In this document: positions 60,076 to 64,000 of the stretch, piece after piece
How the letters are laid out: each line of letters begins with the position of its first letter
Numbering within the stretch: position 1 is the stretch's first letter
Assembly (NCBI GenBank): GCA_019637555.1
Contig: JAHBVK010000033.1
Span: 1-64,000, forward strand
Direction: 5' to 3'
Source of the DNA: Anaerolineae bacterium
GTDB lineage: Bacteria; Chloroflexota; Anaerolineae; Aggregatilineales; UBA2796
Length of the DNA: 64,000 nt
Program-made: the position numbers and the translations under genes
The notes under the pieces: model-generated
What the model was told of the DNA's origin: nothing
The model's input: the letters and a program-made list of their open reading frames with translations, nothing else
Databases searched by the model: none

Positions 60076-61464
60076 TTACTTCGCTTGATGCAGCACGAGT
60101 GCGCTCGTCGCTGCCAGTTGCCCGATCCGCAGTTGCCCGTCGCTGCTGTGGTACTCACGATCACTGAGCAGATCGCACCACGTACCAGCGCCATCAACCG
60201 CGATAGTGATGTCGTTACGGGCATCACGCGGATTCAGAATCACCACCAACTGCTCCTCGGCATTATACCGCCGATACGCGCTGATCCCGTTAAACGTCCA
60301 CAGCGACTCGTACTCGCCGCTGACCAGCGCCGGATGCTGTTTCCGTGCCTTGATCAGCCGTCGGTAGGTATCCGTCAGCGCCGGATTCCACTTCGCGGAG
60401 TCCCACTGCATCGGCTTGCGGCAGTCGGGATCGTTCTCGCCCGTCATGCCGATCTCGTCTCCATAGTAGACCATCGGTACGCCGACGGTAGTGAACAGCG
60501 CCGTCGCCGCGATCTGTGTCCGTCCCACATCCTCACGGCAGACGGTCAGGATTCGTGCGGTATCGTGGCTGCCCAACAGATTCAACTGCACGCCCGCCGC
60601 ATTACCATAGACCTTTTGTAGCCGATTGACCTCATAGCCGAAGTCCTCGCCATCCATCGAATCGCGGGCGCTGAAGTCAAGGATCGTGTCACGCAGCGGA
60701 TAGTTCATCACCGCGTCACAGGTATCGCCCGCCAGCCATTCGCGGGCGTCGCGCCAGAACTCCCCGACGATATAAGACTGCGGATCGATGCCCTTGACCA
60801 CATCGCGGAAGCGCCGCCAGAAATCGAAATCGGCTTTCCACGGCACATCCAAGCGCCAGCCGTCAATCCCGTACTCCTTGATCCAGTAGGCGGCGACCTT
60901 GAGCAGATAGTCCTGTACTTCGAGATTGCGCGTATTCAACTTCGGTAGGAATGCCGCGCCGCCGCAGGTCTGATAGCTCGGCGGATTCATTTGCAGCGGA
61001 TAGTCGCGCACCATGAACCAGTCCCAGTACGGCGACTGTTTGCCGCGCTGCGCCACATCCTCGAACGCCCAGAAGCCATCGCCGCAGTGGTTGAACACCG
61101 CATCCAGCACGATTCTGATGCCGCGATTGTGCGCCGAGTCGATCAGCTTGCCGAGCAATTCGTTGCTGCCGAACGCCGGATCGACGGTCATGTAATCGCA
61201 AGTGTCGTACTTGTGATTGCTGCGTGCCTTGAACACCGGCGTCATGTAGATCGCATTGATGCCAAGCTGCTCCAGATAAGGCAGGCGATCAAGGATGCCC
61301 TGCAAGTCGCCGCCGAAGAAATTCTCGCGCGTCGGCGTGGATTCCCACGACACCACGCCCGCTGGATCGTTGCTTGGATCGCCGTTAGCGAAGCGTTCGG
61401 GAAATATCTGATAGAAGATCGAATCCGCCACCCACGCGGGCGCGGTAAGTTCTGGCAAGGTCAC
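60076..61464 (-). CDS. GH13 glycoside hydrolase (alpha-amylase, neopullulanase or alpha-glucosidase-like catalytic domain).
   Basis: GINAIYMTPVF, DAVFNHCG, GWRLDV and LLGSHD conserved GH13 regions. Confidence 0.8.
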   Translation of the reverse strand: MTLPELTAPAWVADSIFYQIFPERFANGDPSNDPAGVVSWESTPTRENFFGGDLQGILDRLPYLEQLGINAIYMTPVFKARSNHKYDTCDYMTVDPAFGSNELLGKLIDSAHNRGIRIVLDAVFNHCGDGFWAFEDVAQRGKQSPYWDWFMVRDYPLQMNPPSYQTCGGAAFLPKLNTRNLEVQDYLLKVAAYWIKEYGIDGWRLDVPWKADFDFWRRFRDVVKGIDPQSYIVGEFWRDAREWLAGDTCDAVMNYPLRDTILDFSARDSMDGEDFGYEVNRLQKVYGNAAGVQLNLLGSHDTARILTVCREDVGRTQIAATALFTTVGVPMVYYGDEIGMTGENDPDCRKPMQWDSAKWNPALTDTYRRLIKARKQHPALVSGEYESLWTFNGISAYRRYNAEEQLVVILNPRDARNDITIAVDGAGTWCDLLSDREYHSSDGQLRIGQLAATSALVLHQAK

Positions 61465-61468
61465 ACGA

Positions 61469-62362
61469 TTATCCTTTCATGCCCGTAGTGCTGATCCCTT
61501 CGATGAATTGGCGCTGTCCGATCAGAAATGCGATGATGGCGGGGATCGTCGCCGTCACCGTGCCAGCCATCAGCAGGGACCATTGCGTGCCGTACTTCCC
61601 TTGAAACATCGCCAGCCCAAGCTGCACCGTCCGCATGTCGGGATTGTTGGTCACCACCAGCGGCCACAAGAAATCATTCCACGCGAATAAGAAGGCAAAG
61701 ATCGCCAACGTCGCCAGCGCCGGACGCGATAGCGGCAGCACGATGCGCCACCACACGCCGATCTTGCTTGCACCGTCGATCATAGCGGCTTCGTCCAATT
61801 CGCGCGGTAACGTCAAATAGAACTGGCGCATCACGAAAATGCCGAACGCGCTGACCAGTCGCGGCACGATCAACGCCTGATACGTATCCACCCAACCGAG
61901 ATTGAAAATGATCAGGTACGACGGGATCAGCGTGACGTGCGAGGGAACGAGCATGGTCGCCAGAAAGATCAGGAACAGGAAGTCGCGTCCGGGGAATTTT
62001 AACCGCGCGAAAGCATACGCCGCCAGCGAGGAGAAGATCACCTGTCCGAAGGTGATGCCCGCCGTCATGATCAGCGTGTTGGCGTAATAGCGCAAGAACG
62101 GCGCAGCTTCCCACGCCTGCTGATAATTTGCCCACTCGAAATGGTTGGGGATGATGTACGGCGCTGCATAGACCTGCGATTGCGCCTTGAGCGAGGTGGT
62201 GATCATCCACAGGAACGGCACGATCATCACGATGCCGCCGGAGAGCAGCAGCACATGGATCAGCAAGCGCACGAGCCGCTGACCGAAACGCGCGAGTTGC
62301 CAGCGCGAGTCTGACGCCCGATTCGATGTGGGAATGGTGGGAGAAAAGGTGGGCGCGGTCAT
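61469..62362 (-). CDS. Carbohydrate ABC transporter permease (MalG-like).
   Basis: EAA-type loop DEAAMIDGAS. Six TM helices. Confidence 0.85.
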   Translation of the reverse strand: MTAPTFSPTIPTSNRASDSRWQLARFGQRLVRLLIHVLLLSGGIVMIVPFLWMITTSLKAQSQVYAAPYIIPNHFEWANYQQAWEAAPFLRYYANTLIMTAGITFGQVIFSSLAAYAFARLKFPGRDFLFLIFLATMLVPSHVTLIPSYLIIFNLGWVDTYQALIVPRLVSAFGIFVMRQFYLTLPRELDEAAMIDGASKIGVWWRIVLPLSRPALATLAIFAFLFAWNDFLWPLVVTNNPDMRTVQLGLAMFQGKYGTQWSLLMAGTVTATIPAIIAFLIGQRQFIEGISTTGMKG

Positions 62363-62410
62363 AGGTTAGCCTGAATTTCGGATATGCAGCGTTCGTTCGT
62401 TGGCGTGCAA

Positions 62411-62512
62411 ACCCTCACCCCAACCCCTCTCCCGCAGGCGGGAGAAGGGCTAATGCTGACTCCCCCTCTAGCCGCTTGCGGGAGAGGGGGTTGGGGGGTG
62501 AGGGCTATCTTA
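62411..62512. repeat. Compound GC-rich palindromic repeat: two nested hairpins forming one large inverted repeat.
   Basis: ccctcaccccaacccctctcccgcaggcgggagaaggg ... ccccctctagccgcttgcgggagagggggttggggggtgaggg. Confidence 0.65.
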
Positions 62513-62522
62513 CTTACGATCA

Positions 62523-63467
62523 TCAGCTTACATCCTTCGCCCCGAAGCGAGAGACGCGCCATTGCAGCAGTGTCAGCGCAGCGACGATCACGAACACGAT
62601 CACAGCGGTAGCGGAGGCGCTGCCCAGATCGAAATAGCGGAACGCCTGCCGATAGAGCAGCAGTCCGACCACATCGGTTGCGCCAGCCGGACCGCCGTTG
62701 GTCATCACGTAGACCTGATCGAACAGCAAGAAGCCGTCAATGATTGAGAGCACGGTCAATAATGCCGTCGTCGGTGTGATCAACGGCACGGTGATGCGCC
62801 GGAACAAATCCCATCTGCCCGCGCCATCGACCTGTGCCGCTTCGTAATATTCGCGGGGGATCGATTGCAGCGCCGCCAGATAGACGACCAAGTTAAAGCC
62901 CAATCGCTTCCACACGCCGACCATGATCACTGCAGGCATCGCCCATGTGGTGCTGCGTAACCACGACGGCGCGACGATCCCGATCTGGCGTAAGAACACG
63001 TTGAGATAACCCGAACCCGGATCGAGCATGTAGCGCCATACCACTGCCACCGCTACCGTCGCCGTGACGACGGGCAGAAAGTACATCGTGCGGTAGAGCG
63101 ATTGGAAGCGCACGCCAGTATTCAGCAGCACCGCCACGATCAGCGCCAGTGGCACGCAGACGATGGTGACTCCGATCGTGTAGCCCGTCGTCGCCCGCAG
63201 CGAATTCCACAGCACATCGGAGGTCAGCAGATTGCGGAAGTTATCCAAGCCGACGAACAATTTCTCGGCGCTCAGTCCATCCCACTTGAACAAACTCAGA
63301 AACGCCGTATTCAGCAGCGGATAAATGTTGAAGATGCCGAACACCAGCACCGCCGGAGCTAGCGCGATGATCGCCGCCGTCAGATCGCCCTGTCGGTTAT
63401 GCCGCTTCCACGCGCTGATAAAGTTCGTTAGCGGATTACCAGTATTGTGCTGCTGTGCCTGCTGCAT
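62523..63467 (-). CDS. Carbohydrate ABC transporter permease (MalF-like).
   Basis: SIPREYYEAAQVDGAG EAA loop. TM-rich. Confidence 0.85.
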   Translation of the reverse strand: MQQAQQHNTGNPLTNFISAWKRHNRQGDLTAAIIALAPAVLVFGIFNIYPLLNTAFLSLFKWDGLSAEKLFVGLDNFRNLLTSDVLWNSLRATTGYTIGVTIVCVPLALIVAVLLNTGVRFQSLYRTMYFLPVVTATVAVAVVWRYMLDPGSGYLNVFLRQIGIVAPSWLRSTTWAMPAVIMVGVWKRLGFNLVVYLAALQSIPREYYEAAQVDGAGRWDLFRRITVPLITPTTALLTVLSIIDGFLLFDQVYVMTNGGPAGATDVVGLLLYRQAFRYFDLGSASATAVIVFVIVAALTLLQWRVSRFGAKDVS

Positions 63468-63639
63468 GGAAATGCGCCTCGCGGATCATATCGTTGGTTT
63501 GCACCGCCTCCCCTGCGAGTGATTAGCCGCACAGAGGAAGCAGCACGAAAGGAGAGTCTAGTTAGCTGGTTAGTCTTACCTCACCCTATGGCTGTCAACT
63601 TAAGCGCATCGCCGCCCTATCAATTGGGATAAGGAAGCG

Positions 63640-63720
63640 CTTTGCTATTCGCAAAGGCTGGAGTCCCGCAGGGACTTTGTTCGTTCAGCCCGGCAATTGA
63701 TTGCCGGGAAACAGTTACCT
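63640..63720. repeat. Cluster of three short hairpins.
   Basis: gctttgc...gcaaag, gtcccgcagggac, cccggcaattgattgccggg. Confidence 0.4.
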
Positions 63721-63762
63721 ACGCTACTCGAACCCTTAATTTGACACCTATAGTGTTAGGTT

Positions 63763-63862
63763 TACCTCACCCCTACCCCTCTCCGTCAACGGAGAGGGGA
63801 ATTTGTAGTCGGCGTTGCTTCGAGGTGTCCACTCTCTGCGGGCGGAGAGGGGTAGGGTGAAG
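63763..63862. repeat. Compound GC-rich palindromic repeat element.
   Basis: cctcacccctacccctctccgtcaacggagagggg ... ctctctgcgggcggagaggggtagggtgaag. Confidence 0.6.
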
Positions 63863-63930
63863 TTAGTATCTTGAGACTCAGACGAAGCCTATTTGAATAT
63901 TCGCTTGGTAGGCATTAAACCATCGTGCGA

Positions 63931-64000
63931 ACCCTCTCGGTTCCCCCTCTCCTAATGGGTACTCCCATTGGAGAGGGGGTCAGGGGGTGAGGCTAACTTA
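63931..64000. repeat. GC-rich palindromic repeat element, truncated by the window end.
   Basis: ccccctctcctaatgggtactcccattggagagggggtcagggggtgagg. Same subfamily as 4964-5020. Confidence 0.55.

Noticed and set aside
62359-62611. ORFs 62359-62562 (-) and 62384-62611 (+) encoding PSPACGRGVGVRV / LPQAGEGLML peptides
   Set aside because: Both lie entirely within the compound palindromic repeat between two permease genes. It is the same artefact as at the window start.

Overview
GC-rich bacterial chromosomal segment; the gene content and repeat style look Chloroflexi-like, but this cannot be confirmed without a search. Most of the window is housekeeping and carbohydrate-utilisation genes. These include two MalFG-type ABC permease pairs, a GH4 hydrolase with a LacD-family aldolase, a YtfQRT/YjfF-type sugar ABC transporter with duplicated binding proteins, two GH13 enzymes, and two LacI regulators. 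Other recognisable genes are rpsA, acpP, thiD, an NfeD-flotillin pair, an M16 peptidase pair, a dynamin-like GTPase, an FdhA-like dehydrogenase, an F420-dependent G6PD-like oxidoreductase, a sensor kinase, two orphan receiver proteins and a HicBA pair. The outstanding feature is a visibly AT-richer island at about 17.9-21.8 kb. It encodes a membrane-anchored fusion of an N-terminal TIR domain with a ParA/MinD-type P-loop ATPase, translationally coupled to a 500-aa polytopic membrane protein. I know of no described defence system with this architecture, and it is the best candidate for a novel system in the window. Other notable items are a 1415-aa protein with an Flp/TadE-type prepilin-like N-terminus, a family of nested GC-rich palindromic intergenic repeats that generate spurious ORFs, a frameshifted GH13 amylase, tandem DUF433 genes, and an atypical four-domain S1 protein with long low-complexity extensions. 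No rRNA, tRNA or CRISPR array was recognised by eye.
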